A stretch of DNA of 64,000 bases, taken from NCBI GenBank assembly GCA_047601445.1, contig JASGJH010000001.1, forward strand, positions 4,032,001 to 4,096,000, written 5' to 3'. Each line of letters opens with the position of its first letter. Position 1 is the first letter of the stretch. The position numbers were made by a program, and so were the translations under genes. The notes beneath the pieces were generated by a model, which worked only from the letters and a program-made list of their open reading frames with translations, was not told where the DNA came from and did not search any database. Below are positions 9,765 through 21,334 of this stretch, one piece after another. Source of the stretch: Myxococcales bacterium (GTDB taxonomy: Bacteria; Myxococcota_A; Polyangia; Polyangiales; DASUME01).

Positions 9765-10334
9765 CTACCCGCCCCGCTTGATGGCGGCCACCAACCACTG
9801 CAAGAGCGCGCGCCGATCCTTGGCCGACGTGGGATGCGCCAAGAGCCCCTCGGCCACGAACATCACCACGCGCGACGCGTGGCCGAGGTCTTCTTTGGGC
9901 ACGCCCTCCGCCTGCAGCCAGGCCAGCAGTGCGGACTCGAGCGTGCGGTGAAAACGCGTGTGCCAGCTGCCCACGGCCTCGGATACCGAGGCGCGCGCGT
10001 GGACGCTGGCGATGAGGCCGCGGGAGCTGTCGAACAGGCTCAGGAGCCACGTGACCTGAGTGTCGAGCGTGCCGCGCCCCCGCTGCTGGAACTCGCGCGC
10101 CGCGTGGTTCACCAGCGAGTCGAGCACGGCCACCAGCAACGCATCTTTGTCGGCGAAGTACCAGTAGATGGTGTTGGGGGCGACACTCGCCTCCTCTGCA
10201 ATGCGGCTGATGGAGGTGAGCTCGTAGCCGGTCTCCAGGAACAGCCGCCGTGCCGCGCCCAGGATCTCCTCGCGCTTCTCCTCCCTGTCGAGCTCGGCCT
10301 TGTTCTTCGCCACGGGCTGCCTCTTGATTGTCAT
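9765..10334 (-). CDS. TetR/AcrR family transcriptional regulator
   Basis: ILGAARRLFLETGYELTSISRIAEEASVAPNTIYWYFADKDALL. Confidence 0.95.
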   Translation of the reverse strand: MTIKRQPVAKNKAELDREEKREEILGAARRLFLETGYELTSISRIAEEASVAPNTIYWYFADKDALLVAVLDSLVNHAAREFQQRGRGTLDTQVTWLLSLFDSSRGLIASVHARASVSEAVGSWHTRFHRTLESALLAWLQAEGVPKEDLGHASRVVMFVAEGLLAHPTSAKDRRALLQWLVAAIKRGG

Positions 10335-10379
10335 TCAAGCACATTTTTGGCCACATAACACTCTTGAATGACGCTCAAG
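10323..10379. promoter_or_regulatory. Two palindromic CTTGA-N7-TCAAG boxes, probable TetR operators
   Basis: CTTGATTGTCATTCAAG (10323-10339) and CTTGAATGACGCTCAAG (10363-10379) lie in inverted orientation between the divergent tetR and SDR genes. Confidence 0.75.
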
Positions 10380-10453
10380 ACGGACGTATGACGTGGGCAG
10401 ACCCCACCGGGCTGGCCGCCGCGCCCCGCCCCGGTAGGCGAAAGGGAACGTTC

Positions 10454-11326
10454 ATGAGTGCCAAACCGACCGTGCTGATCACCGGGGCCTCCACGGGCAT
10501 CGGCTATGCCTGCGCCATCGACCTCGACAGGCTCGGGTTCTCCGTCTTCGCGGGCGTGCGCAAGCCAGAGGACGGCGAGCGCCTGCGCCAGGCGAGCGCG
10601 GGACGCATCGAGCCCCTGCTGCTCGACGTGGCCGACTATGCGAGCGTGCGGCGCGCCGCCGACGATCTGGCGCAGCGTCTGGGGGAGCGCGGACTGGACG
10701 GTCTCGTGAACAACGCAGGCATCTCGGTGTCGGGGCCGCTCGAGTGCCTTCCCATGGAAGACTTCGACCGCCAGCTGAGGGTCAACGTGTCGGGCCAGGT
10801 CGCCGTGACCCAGGCCTGCCTGCCGCTGCTGCGCCGCGCGCGCGGGCGCATCGTGTTCATGAGCTCCGAGAGCGGGCGCGTGGTGATGCCGCTGCTCGGG
10901 GCCTACGCCGCCTCCAAGCACGCACTCGAGGCCGTCGCCGATGCCTTCCGTCGCGAGCTCGCGCACACGGGCGTGCGCGTGGCCATCATCGAACCGGGTA
11001 GCATCAAGACGCCGATCTGGGAGAAGGCCACCTCCGCCGCGCACGACCTGCGCAGCTCCGTGCCGCGCGCCAACGAGCTCTACGGCAAGCAGCTCGCGTT
11101 CGTCGAAGTCATGGCCAAGCAGGCCGCTCGCTTCGCGGCCGAGCCCGAGGTGGTCACGCGCGCGGTGCACCACGCGCTCTCGTCGCGCTTCCCCAGGCTG
11201 CGTTACCTGGTCGGTCCCGAGGCGCGGGCACTGGTGCTCGTGCATGCGCTATCGCCCGCGCGTGCCTTCGACTGGGGCGTCCGCCAATCCTTGCGGGTGA
11301 TGAGCAAGCTCCCCGTCCAGGGCTGA
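10454..11326 (+). CDS. Short-chain dehydrogenase/reductase (RDH/17beta-HSD-like)
   Basis: TGASTGIG, LVNNAG, catalytic YAASK and IEPGSIKTPIW. Confidence 0.93.
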   Translation: MSAKPTVLITGASTGIGYACAIDLDRLGFSVFAGVRKPEDGERLRQASAGRIEPLLLDVADYASVRRAADDLAQRLGERGLDGLVNNAGISVSGPLECLPMEDFDRQLRVNVSGQVAVTQACLPLLRRARGRIVFMSSESGRVVMPLLGAYAASKHALEAVADAFRRELAHTGVRVAIIEPGSIKTPIWEKATSAAHDLRSSVPRANELYGKQLAFVEVMAKQAARFAAEPEVVTRAVHHALSSRFPRLRYLVGPEARALVLVHALSPARAFDWGVRQSLRVMSKLPVQG

Positions 11327-11340
11327 TTAGGAGGATTCCC

Positions 11341-12279
11341 ATGAAACACGTCGTCTCCCGCGTCGCAGGCAAAGTCGGCATCATCGAGCTTCACAACCCG
11401 CCTCATCAGTTCATGACCACGCGCATGGTGCGCGAGCTCGACGAGCTCACGGAGCGTTGGGAACAGGACGAGCGCGTGCGGGCCATCGTCATCACGGGCG
11501 CCCCCGGGGACGTGTTCATCACCCACTTCAGCGTGGACGAGCTCTCGCGCAGCGCCGCCATGGCGCCGGAGAAGGAGCTGCCCGCGCCCTTGAAGCGCGC
11601 GGTCACCGGCGTGTTCTCGGGCATCGACGTGGCCCAGCGTTGGCTCGAGGGGGTGCCCGCGCTACGCAAGGTCCTCGAATCGCGCGCGCCCGGGGCCCTG
11701 CGTCCGCTGTTCTCGCTGAGCACCATCCACCGGGTGTTCGCGCGCCTCGAGCGCATGAACAAGGTGGTCATCTGCGCGATCAACGGCACCACCATGGGCG
11801 GCGGCTGCGAGCTCACCTTGGCCTGTGACTACCGCCTCATGGCCGAGGGCGACTACGTGATCGGCCTGGTGGAGGTGTTGGGGGGAATCATCCCTGGTGC
11901 CGGCGGCACCCAGCGACTCGCCGCCACCGTGGGCCGCGCCAAGGCCCTCGAGATGATGCTCGACGGCGCGGTGCTTTCGCCGCGAGAAGCGGAGCGCGCC
12001 GGCCTGATCACGCGCGCCGTCCCCAAAGAGAAGCTACTCGACGAAGCCCTCGCACTGGCGGCTCGCATGGCCACGCGCTCCCCAATGGCCGTGGGCGGTG
12101 CCAAGCGCGCGGCACGCGTGGGCGCCAGCCTCCCGCTCGACGACGGCCTAGCGTTCGAGCGACTCGCGTTCGTGGCATGCGGTCTGCATCCCGACGCCAA
12201 GCGCCATGGCCTCGCCTACCTGAGCGGATTTCGCGCAGGCAAGAGCGCGCGCGAGATCTTCGACGAGCTGCGCAAAGCG

Positions 12280-12288
<9 letters not shown>
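11341..12288 (+). CDS. Enoyl-CoA hydratase/isomerase (crotonase) family protein
   Basis: AINGTTMGGGCELTLACDYR and E..GGIIPGAGGTQRL; AGGAGG RBS; 14 bp after the SDR. Confidence 0.92.
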
Positions 12289-14583
<2,295 letters not shown>

Positions 14584-14768
14584 GCGATTCCCGACGTCTG
14601 CCGGGATCCAGCGCGCGCGGTGAGAGCCCTGCCAGGTTGTGCCATCCCTTTCCGGCCTGCGGGGAGGGATGACGATAGCTGGCGCACCGCGCATGCCCCC
14701 ATGTCGGCTAAACGGGCGCAAGTTCGAGTCTTTGCTGGTTGGCTCACAACTTGCTGTTGGGCTACGGC

Positions 14769-17700
14769 ATGAGCTTGCGAACGCGCCTTGGTGTCAGTGC
14801 CCTGTGGTTGTGTTGTGTGCTTGGTCTCGCCGCCTGCGGTGACGAGAACGGAGACAAAGCCAGGGGGGGACCGCCGGACGATCCGGATGGTCCGCCGACA
14901 GAACCGGGGGACCACGAGACCGACTTCATCTCCGACGTGCCTTCGCAGAGCACGGGAGCCGGAGCGCTCGCTCCGGAGGCGAACGGGGACGCCAGTAGTG
15001 GGGACGGGGACAGCGCCAGCGAGAGCGGCGGAGAAGCCGACCGAGCCATCGCGGAAGCCGACATCATCCAAGTGGACGGCGACCGTCTGTACGCACTCTC
15101 GCGCTACACGGGCATGCACGTGATCGACGTCTCGAACCCGGCGCAGCTCCAGGTGCTGGGTCGCTGGCGCGTGAAAGCGGAGCCTTTCGAGATGTACCTC
15201 AAGGGCAACGTCGCATACGTGATGTTCAACGCCTTCGGCCGCTACGAGGTCGATAGCGCCACGGGACAATACGTGTGGCGTGAGTCGAGCCGCATGCAGG
15301 CACTGGACGTGTCCAACCCGGGCAAGATCTCCCTGATCGGCAGCTACGACCTGGGGGGCAACATCTCGGATTCGCGCATGGTGGGCAACGTGATCTACAC
15401 GGTGACCTACGAGTACGGCTACTGCTGGGCCTGCGACCCCGTGCCGAACACGCGCGTGGCCAGCTTCGACGTCAAGGACCCGACCAAGTTCACGCTGGTG
15501 GACCAGCTGCGCTTCAGCGACGGCAACGGCTACAGCTGGGGGCCGCGCAGCGTGAGCGTGAGCCAGACGCACATGTTCGTGGCCGGACCGCACTGGGACG
15601 ACAAGGACGGCACGATTCAGGTGGTGGACATCGCCGACCCGGCGGGCGATTTGAAGCTCGGCGCCGAAGTGACGATCCACGGCAGCATCGACAGCCGCTG
15701 GCAGATGGACGAGTACGAGGGCGTGCTACGCGTGGTCAGTCAGCCGCGCAGCTGGCAATCGAGCGACAGCCCGCACCTATCGACCTTCCGCATCGACGAT
15801 GCCGACCACCTGGTGAAGCTCGCCGAGCTCGGCATGGTGTTGCCGCGCCTCGAGACGCTGCAATCGGCTCGCTTCGACGGCGACCGCGCCTTCGTGGTGA
15901 CCTTCGAGCGCACCGACCCGTTGTTCACCTTCGACGTCAGCGACCCAGCGGCACCCAAGCAGGTGGGCGCGCTCGAGATCCCCGGCTTCCTCTACCACAT
16001 GGAGCCGCGCGGCGACCTCCTGTACGCCCTCGGCTTCGACCAGGGGAACGAGGCCGGGGCCATGCACGTGTCGATCTTCGACGTGAGCAACCTGGCGGCT
16101 CCCCAGATGAAGTCGCGCGTGAACTTCGGCGGTGACTGGGCCTACCTCGCCGAGGACCAAGACCGCGTGCACAAGCTGTTCAACTTGGCGCTGGACCAAA
16201 ACCTGATCATGGTTCCCTTCGGCGGTGGCAGCTACGACGAGCTCAGCTGCAACTACGAGTACTTGAGCGGGATCCAGCTGATCGACGCCATGGGCTCGCA
16301 GCTCACCTTGCGCGGCATGGCGCCCCAGCTCGGCCAGGCCCGCCGCGCCCTGCTCCACCGCGACCACTTGTTCGGTGTGACGGACAACGCGGTACAGGTC
16401 TTCGATATCAGCGACCGCTCGACGCCGCGTCGCATCGAGCAGCTCGAGGTCGCCCGCAACATCGAGTACGTGAAGGTGGTGGGTGAGAACGTCATGCGCT
16501 TCGGTCGCGATTGGTGGACCGACCGCGCGGTGCTCGACATCGCCGCGCCCGATGCCGTGGAAGCGGCCGAGGGCCTCGGCGAGCTCGACCTATCGGGCGG
16601 CGGCACGAACGACAACGACGGGACCTGCCAGCAATACGGCTGGTCGGGCTGGGATGGCCGTGTGTTCGTGCACGGCGACTACGCCTACATTCCGCGTTCC
16701 CGCTACAAGTACGAGTCCAACGGCACCAACGAGCAGACCATCCGCTTTTACGTGGTGGCGCTCAAGGATCCGACGGCGCTCAAGGTGGTGGGCACGTTCG
16801 ATGTCGCTCCGGCGACCAACAACGAGTGGCTCGGTGAAGTCCTGCTCACCGACAGCGCGCTGCTGGTGGGCCGCGGTGCGGGCTACTACTCCTACTGGGA
16901 CCAGGGCACCGACAAGGTCCGCTATAGTTACGACATCTTCACGCTCGAGAACCCGAGCGCACCCGCCTTCGTGAAGCGCTTCGACGTGCCCTCGACGATG
17001 GCCGGTGGAGGCTGGGGCTACGGCATGGGCGCCTGCGGCGTCGACATGTACTGGGGCTACTGGTACGGCGGCACCTCGGCCCTGGTCTCGGGCAATCTCG
17101 TGGTCAGTCAGCACGAGAGCGATGTCGACGACGGGACCCAGCGCGTGCGCTACTACCTCGATCGACTCGACGTGAGCGACCCGCGCAACCCCGTGCTCTT
17201 GCCTCCGGTAAACATCCCTGGACAGGTCGTGCACTACGATGGCGCGAGCCAGCGGGCCGTGACGGTGAGCTATGTGCATCACGAGGAGCGGGCCGCGAAC
17301 TGGCAAGATTGCACCTGGCGCGCCTATGGCGCTTGGTACGAGGACGAAAGCGACGCCTGTCACCTTTACGAGCGTCAGGTCAACGTGCTTGCCGTAGACG
17401 ACGACAAGGCGACCCGCATCAGCCAACTCAAGCTCGACGGCGAACGCATCGCCACGAGCCTCGGTGTCAGCAACGAGCGCTTCTTCTATCTGAGCAGCGA
17501 GCGCAAACCCTACGACTACAACAACCCGACCGCCGCTTCCCAGCGCCTCGAAACCCTCGCCTTCGCTGCAGGCGGACAGATCCAGCGCTTGCCGAGCCTC
17601 GAGCTCGAGGACTCGCTCGGGTACTACTGGTACGGCAGCGACCTCAAGGTGCGCGGCACCCGCGCGTTCGTGCCGGGCAACGGCACACTCCAGGTGGCCC

Positions 17701-17840
17701 AGACGAGCGACAAGCTCCACCCCGCGCTCAGCTCGCACGAGGTACAAGCCTGGGGCTGCAGCTACCTCGAGATCGGCACGGACCGCGCCTACTGCGCCTC
17801 GAACGAATACGGCGTCACGGGCATCCCGCTTCAGCAGTGA
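14769..17840 (+). CDS. Large lipoprotein with Beta_propel-type secreted beta-propeller domain
   Basis: Lipobox LAAC; EADII, QMDEYEGVLRV, RFDGDRAFVVTF..TDPLF.FD and GALEIPGF..HM motifs. Confidence 0.88.
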   Translation: MSLRTRLGVSALWLCCVLGLAACGDENGDKARGGPPDDPDGPPTEPGDHETDFISDVPSQSTGAGALAPEANGDASSGDGDSASESGGEADRAIAEADIIQVDGDRLYALSRYTGMHVIDVSNPAQLQVLGRWRVKAEPFEMYLKGNVAYVMFNAFGRYEVDSATGQYVWRESSRMQALDVSNPGKISLIGSYDLGGNISDSRMVGNVIYTVTYEYGYCWACDPVPNTRVASFDVKDPTKFTLVDQLRFSDGNGYSWGPRSVSVSQTHMFVAGPHWDDKDGTIQVVDIADPAGDLKLGAEVTIHGSIDSRWQMDEYEGVLRVVSQPRSWQSSDSPHLSTFRIDDADHLVKLAELGMVLPRLETLQSARFDGDRAFVVTFERTDPLFTFDVSDPAAPKQVGALEIPGFLYHMEPRGDLLYALGFDQGNEAGAMHVSIFDVSNLAAPQMKSRVNFGGDWAYLAEDQDRVHKLFNLALDQNLIMVPFGGGSYDELSCNYEYLSGIQLIDAMGSQLTLRGMAPQLGQARRALLHRDHLFGVTDNAVQVFDISDRSTPRRIEQLEVARNIEYVKVVGENVMRFGRDWWTDRAVLDIAAPDAVEAAEGLGELDLSGGGTNDNDGTCQQYGWSGWDGRVFVHGDYAYIPRSRYKYESNGTNEQTIRFYVVALKDPTALKVVGTFDVAPATNNEWLGEVLLTDSALLVGRGAGYYSYWDQGTDKVRYSYDIFTLENPSAPAFVKRFDVPSTMAGGGWGYGMGACGVDMYWGYWYGGTSALVSGNLVVSQHESDVDDGTQRVRYYLDRLDVSDPRNPVLLPPVNIPGQVVHYDGASQRAVTVSYVHHEERAANWQDCTWRAYGAWYEDESDACHLYERQVNVLAVDDDKATRISQLKLDGERIATSLGVSNERFFYLSSERKPYDYNNPTAASQRLETLAFAAGGQIQRLPSLELEDSLGYYWYGSDLKVRGTRAFVPGNGTLQVAQTSDKLHPALSSHEVQAWGCSYLEIGTDRAYCASNEYGVTGIPLQQ

Positions 17841-17941
17841 GCAGCCAGCGCGCGGCATGTCAGCCAGCGCACGCTCCTGCTCACCGCACTTGCACCCGCG
17901 CGCGCTCGCACCCATGCTCGACTCGCTTCGGAGGAGATGGG

Positions 17942-18313
17942 ATGCGGCCGCGCGAATTTTTGAACGCCCTGGAGAACCCGCAGGCGCCCAAGTGCACCGC
18001 CAGCGGGGAGCAGGCCGAGATGCTGCGCACCTTGCTGGTGCACCTGTTCTTCATCGACCGCGACCTCGATCAGGGAGAGCTCTCCATGCTCGGCCGGGTG
18101 CTGCCCGAGGTCAACCTGCGCGAGTACATCCAGGGCGCGGCCGCGCGACGACTGGACCTCGACCGACTGGCCGCGCTGTTCCCGGATTCCGGCGATCGCG
18201 ACGACATCATTACGCTCGCCGAGCACGCCGTCTGGGGCGACAACCACGTCGAGCGCGGCGAGTGGGAGCTGGTCGAGCGTCTGATGGAGAGGCTGGGCGT
18301 AGTGCGCGACTAG
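17942..18313 (+). CDS. TerB-like small protein
   Basis: Two acidic D..xD..E motifs (IDRDLDQGE, GDNHVERGE) and a terminal L..RLG; GGAG RBS. Confidence 0.6.
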   Translation: MRPREFLNALENPQAPKCTASGEQAEMLRTLLVHLFFIDRDLDQGELSMLGRVLPEVNLREYIQGAAARRLDLDRLAALFPDSGDRDDIITLAEHAVWGDNHVERGEWELVERLMERLGVVRD

Positions 18314-18329
18314 CAGCGCGCGAAGACCG

Positions 18330-18818
18330 CTAGGCCACCCTGGCGCCAGTACTGCCCTGAGCGAGCTTCATGTACCTCTCCACGGTCTCGGCCCTGAGAT
18401 CGCCCACGCCGGTCGCATCGAGCGAACGGAACCAGGAGAGCGCACTCTCGAGGTCCGCGAAGACCCGCTGGGGGCGCTTGATCTTGGAGAAGATCACGAA
18501 CGCGGTCATGAACGCGCGCAGGATGGTGACGCCGATGCCTTCTCCGGTGATCACCATCGCGCTCGCGACGAGCTCGCCTTCCACCCCACGCAGGATCGCG
18601 GCGGCCTTGACCTTGACCTCGTCCGGCACCTTGTCGGTCACCGTGGATCCAGACATGTGCGTGAGGGTCAGCACGCGCCCGTGCTCCTTGGCGACCTTCT
18701 TGAGTGCCGCCTCGGTCGCTTTGAGCGATTCCATGTCGCTCACCTGCGAGAAGTAGCTGAACACCATGTAGCCCGAGCGTGCGAGATGAAGCCTCGGCGT
18801 CTTGTAAAGCGTTTCCAT
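18330..18818 (-). CDS. STAS/SEC14 (SpoIIAA-like) domain protein
   Basis: A.AMVITG.G....LRAF and the C-terminal RVFADLESALSW are typical of myxobacterial STAS/SEC14 proteins. Confidence 0.65.
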   Translation of the reverse strand: METLYKTPRLHLARSGYMVFSYFSQVSDMESLKATEAALKKVAKEHGRVLTLTHMSGSTVTDKVPDEVKVKAAAILRGVEGELVASAMVITGEGIGVTILRAFMTAFVIFSKIKRPQRVFADLESALSWFRSLDATGVGDLRAETVERYMKLAQGSTGARVA

Positions 18819-19023
18819 CGTCCCCTGCGAGCGCTCGTCACGACGAGGCTCACCCCTCCAAAGATGGGACCATGGGCGCTCCGTGAACGCAACCGTTTTG
18901 CTTCCCAAAACAGCCAGTTAGAGCCCAGCAAGCGCGCCCGCCAACGATGCGTCGGAACCCGCAACGACGCTTGCTCCAGCGCGGCCTTCGGAGGCGTTCG
19001 TCGCTCGTCGGTGAGCGTCCCTC

Positions 19024-19554
19024 TCAGCCGAGCGTCTTCGCCAGATAGATGGCGCTCTCGCCGGGCATGTACGAGCCGTAGTAGCGAGCATCGGCGCCGC
19101 AGAGCGAGTAGCCCAGACGTTCGTAGGCCCGCACGCCGGGCGCGTTCACGTTCGACGTCTCGAGCCACAGGTGCGACGCACCCAGCGAGCGACCGTGGGC
19201 CTCGGCATGCTCGAGCAAGGCACGCCCCAACCCCTGTCGACGAGAGTCGCGGTCGATGTAGAGAAACCACAGGATCAAGCGTTCGTGCCAGGCCTCGTGC
19301 TGGACCGCCGCGAAGCCGCGCACGCCGTCGTTCGTCTCCGCGACCCAGCCCCGTTCCCAACGGGCCCAGGGCGCGAAGACCTCGTCGATGGCATAGCGCT
19401 TGGTCATCGGGCGCTCGAGCCCACGCTCGGCGAGCTCGAGCCCGCGCGGTCGCACGACCAACTCGAAGATGCTGTCGGTCTCGAAGCCGGTGTCCAGCGC
19501 CTCGATGGCGCGACGATCTCGAGCTCGGTTCAACTCACGAACATGGAAAGCCAT
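19024..19554 (-). CDS. GNAT acetyltransferase, streptothricin/nourseothricin acetyltransferase-like
   Basis: AIEALDTGFETDSIF, RRQGLGRALL, HLWLETSNVNAPGVRAYERLGYSLCGAD..YY and GESAIY closely parallel Nat1/SAT sequences as I recall them. Confidence 0.8.
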   Translation of the reverse strand: MAFHVRELNRARDRRAIEALDTGFETDSIFELVVRPRGLELAERGLERPMTKRYAIDEVFAPWARWERGWVAETNDGVRGFAAVQHEAWHERLILWFLYIDRDSRRQGLGRALLEHAEAHGRSLGASHLWLETSNVNAPGVRAYERLGYSLCGADARYYGSYMPGESAIYLAKTLG

Positions 19555-19569
19555 CGCGCGATCATAGCG

Positions 19570-20127
19570 TCACTTCGGGTTCACCCGCTTGAACTTGGTG
19601 CCCTTCATGGTGACGCCCCCCATCAGGCCCTTGTCATCGAACGCGAAGCCCGCGATCTGTCCCTTGTCCTTCAGCGTGCTGGCCGTTGCATCCGCATTCT
19701 TGTCGATCATGGTGACGCCAGCCTCGGCTGAGACCGCGAACTCGCCATCCTTCTTGAACTTGTTCACGGCATCGTCCGTGAAGAACACGAACACGAAATC
19801 GCCCTGTTCGTAGCCCGCTTGCAGGCCCACGGAGCCCCCGCGCATCTTGTAGTAAGCGACGTTTTGGCCGCCGACGCGCAGCGCTCCTTCGCCCCACTCA
19901 CCGCCACCCACGAGACCGACCCTCTTTACGTCCGGCACCACGAGCACGGCCTTGGCCTCGCGCATGAGCTCGGGCGCATCGTCCACCGCCTTGTTGAAGC
20001 GCTTCAGCGTGGTCTGCACTTCTTTGTCGACTTCCTGCTTGCTCTCGTCGGCCTGGCCCCCCGCCGGAGAAAGCAACAGCCACCCGGCCAAAAGCCCTGC
20101 AGCCGCTCTCGTGATGCGTGCACTCAT
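19570..20127 (-). CDS. YSC84/SYLF lipid-binding domain exported protein
   Basis: Signal peptide; AKAVLVVP, GLVGGGEWGEGAL, GGSVGLQAG and KGLMGGVTM.G.KF. Confidence 0.88.
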   Translation of the reverse strand: MSARITRAAAGLLAGWLLLSPAGGQADESKQEVDKEVQTTLKRFNKAVDDAPELMREAKAVLVVPDVKRVGLVGGGEWGEGALRVGGQNVAYYKMRGGSVGLQAGYEQGDFVFVFFTDDAVNKFKKDGEFAVSAEAGVTMIDKNADATASTLKDKGQIAGFAFDDKGLMGGVTMKGTKFKRVNPK

Positions 20128-20267
20128 GTTCCACCTCGCATGGCAAACGTCCTCTACCCTTGCAGTGATCACGCGCGCCCGAACGGAAAGACGTTCGCCC
20201 AAGTACACGCTGTCTACCGGACAAAGCGTTTCGGGCTCGCGAACCATGAGCCGGGGCGATCAGGACG

Positions 20268-20765
20268 TCACTGCTCCGTGGCTGCCAGCACCTCCAACAC
20301 CTCGCGGCTACTGCGGTGCGACGCCACGGCGATCTGGGCGGGGCTGGCTGCGGGCGTAACCTCCTGAAGCCCTGCCTTCTGCAGGCGCGCGACGAGGCGT
20401 GTGGGCTCCTCGTCGAACACCGGCGCCAGCTCCACGAGCGGAGCGTTCTCGATGCGCACGCGCAACGCGTCGAGGCCACCGCGCTCGACGCCCATGAAGG
20501 ACGCGAGGAGGAAGCCCGCCGCGAGCAGCCCCGCCACCCACAATGAAGCCTGCAGCGAGAAGCCTCGGCGCGCGTAGGCGAGCAGTGCACGCCCATTGCG
20601 GAGCGCATGCAGGCTGGCCGCCACCACCATCAGCAACCCGGCCCACTCGTGCAGGGACTCGAGCTCGCGCTGGGCCACGTGCAGGAACATGAGTACGCCC
20701 GTGCTTCCCACCACGAGAAAGCTCGCCGCGGATGCGGGCGTCGAGAGCTGAAAAATCCTCTTCAT
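20268..20765 (-). CDS. DUF4405-like membrane protein (two His-bearing TM helices)
   Basis: FLVVGSTGVLMF, LHEWAGLLM...LHALRN. Confidence 0.75.
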   Translation of the reverse strand: MKRIFQLSTPASAASFLVVGSTGVLMFLHVAQRELESLHEWAGLLMVVAASLHALRNGRALLAYARRGFSLQASLWVAGLLAAGFLLASFMGVERGGLDALRVRIENAPLVELAPVFDEEPTRLVARLQKAGLQEVTPAASPAQIAVASHRSSREVLEVLAATEQ

Positions 20766-20778
20766 GCCGCCTTCCATT

Positions 20779-20819
20779 TAGTTCGCATCACAAATCATAA
20801 TGGTTTGCATTACGAACTA
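20779..20819. promoter_or_regulatory. AT-rich inverted repeat, probable MarR operator
   Basis: TAGTTCGCATCACAAATCA-taa-TGGTTTGCATTACGAACTA between the divergent DUF4405 and marR genes. Confidence 0.65.
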
Positions 20820-20841
20820 CGTCAAGATAGCCTGACCGCCG

Positions 20842-21291
20842 ATGAAGCGGGCATCGACGAAGGGACCAGGGCACTCCAGGCAGGACGCGCTGGTGGATGG
20901 GCTGGCGCAAGCTGCTTTCGCGACCATGGCGGTGCTGCAGAAAGTGAGCGCCGAGAACGAGCTGTCGCTCACGCAGCTTCGGGTGCTCGGGATCCTGCGC
21001 GATCGCAGGCCTCGCATGGCCGCGCTGGCGGACTATCTCGGACTCGAGAAGTCGACCCTGAGCGGCCTGATCGACCGCGCCGAAAAGCGCGGCCTGGTGG
21101 CGCGCGCGGCGAGCCCGGACGATGGTCGCGCGGTGGATGTGTTCCTGACGCGTCGGGGCACCGAGCTCGCGGAGCGCCTCACCGCGCAGGTGCGGGAAGC
21201 ACTCGCGCCGCTCACGCAGCGGCTCGAGGCGAGCGAGCAGCGAGAGATGCAGCGCCTGCTCGGGCGCATGCTGGAGAGCTCCGAGGGCTGA
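20842..21291 (+). CDS. MarR family transcriptional regulator
   Basis: LSLTQLRVL, LADYLGLEKSTLSGLIDR.EKRGLV.R...DGR...V.LT..G. Confidence 0.95.
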   Translation: MKRASTKGPGHSRQDALVDGLAQAAFATMAVLQKVSAENELSLTQLRVLGILRDRRPRMAALADYLGLEKSTLSGLIDRAEKRGLVARAASPDDGRAVDVFLTRRGTELAERLTAQVREALAPLTQRLEASEQREMQRLLGRMLESSEG

Positions 21292-21334
21292 GGGGAGCGC
21301 CCTCCTCCAGTACTACGCTCGCATTTGCGTGGCG

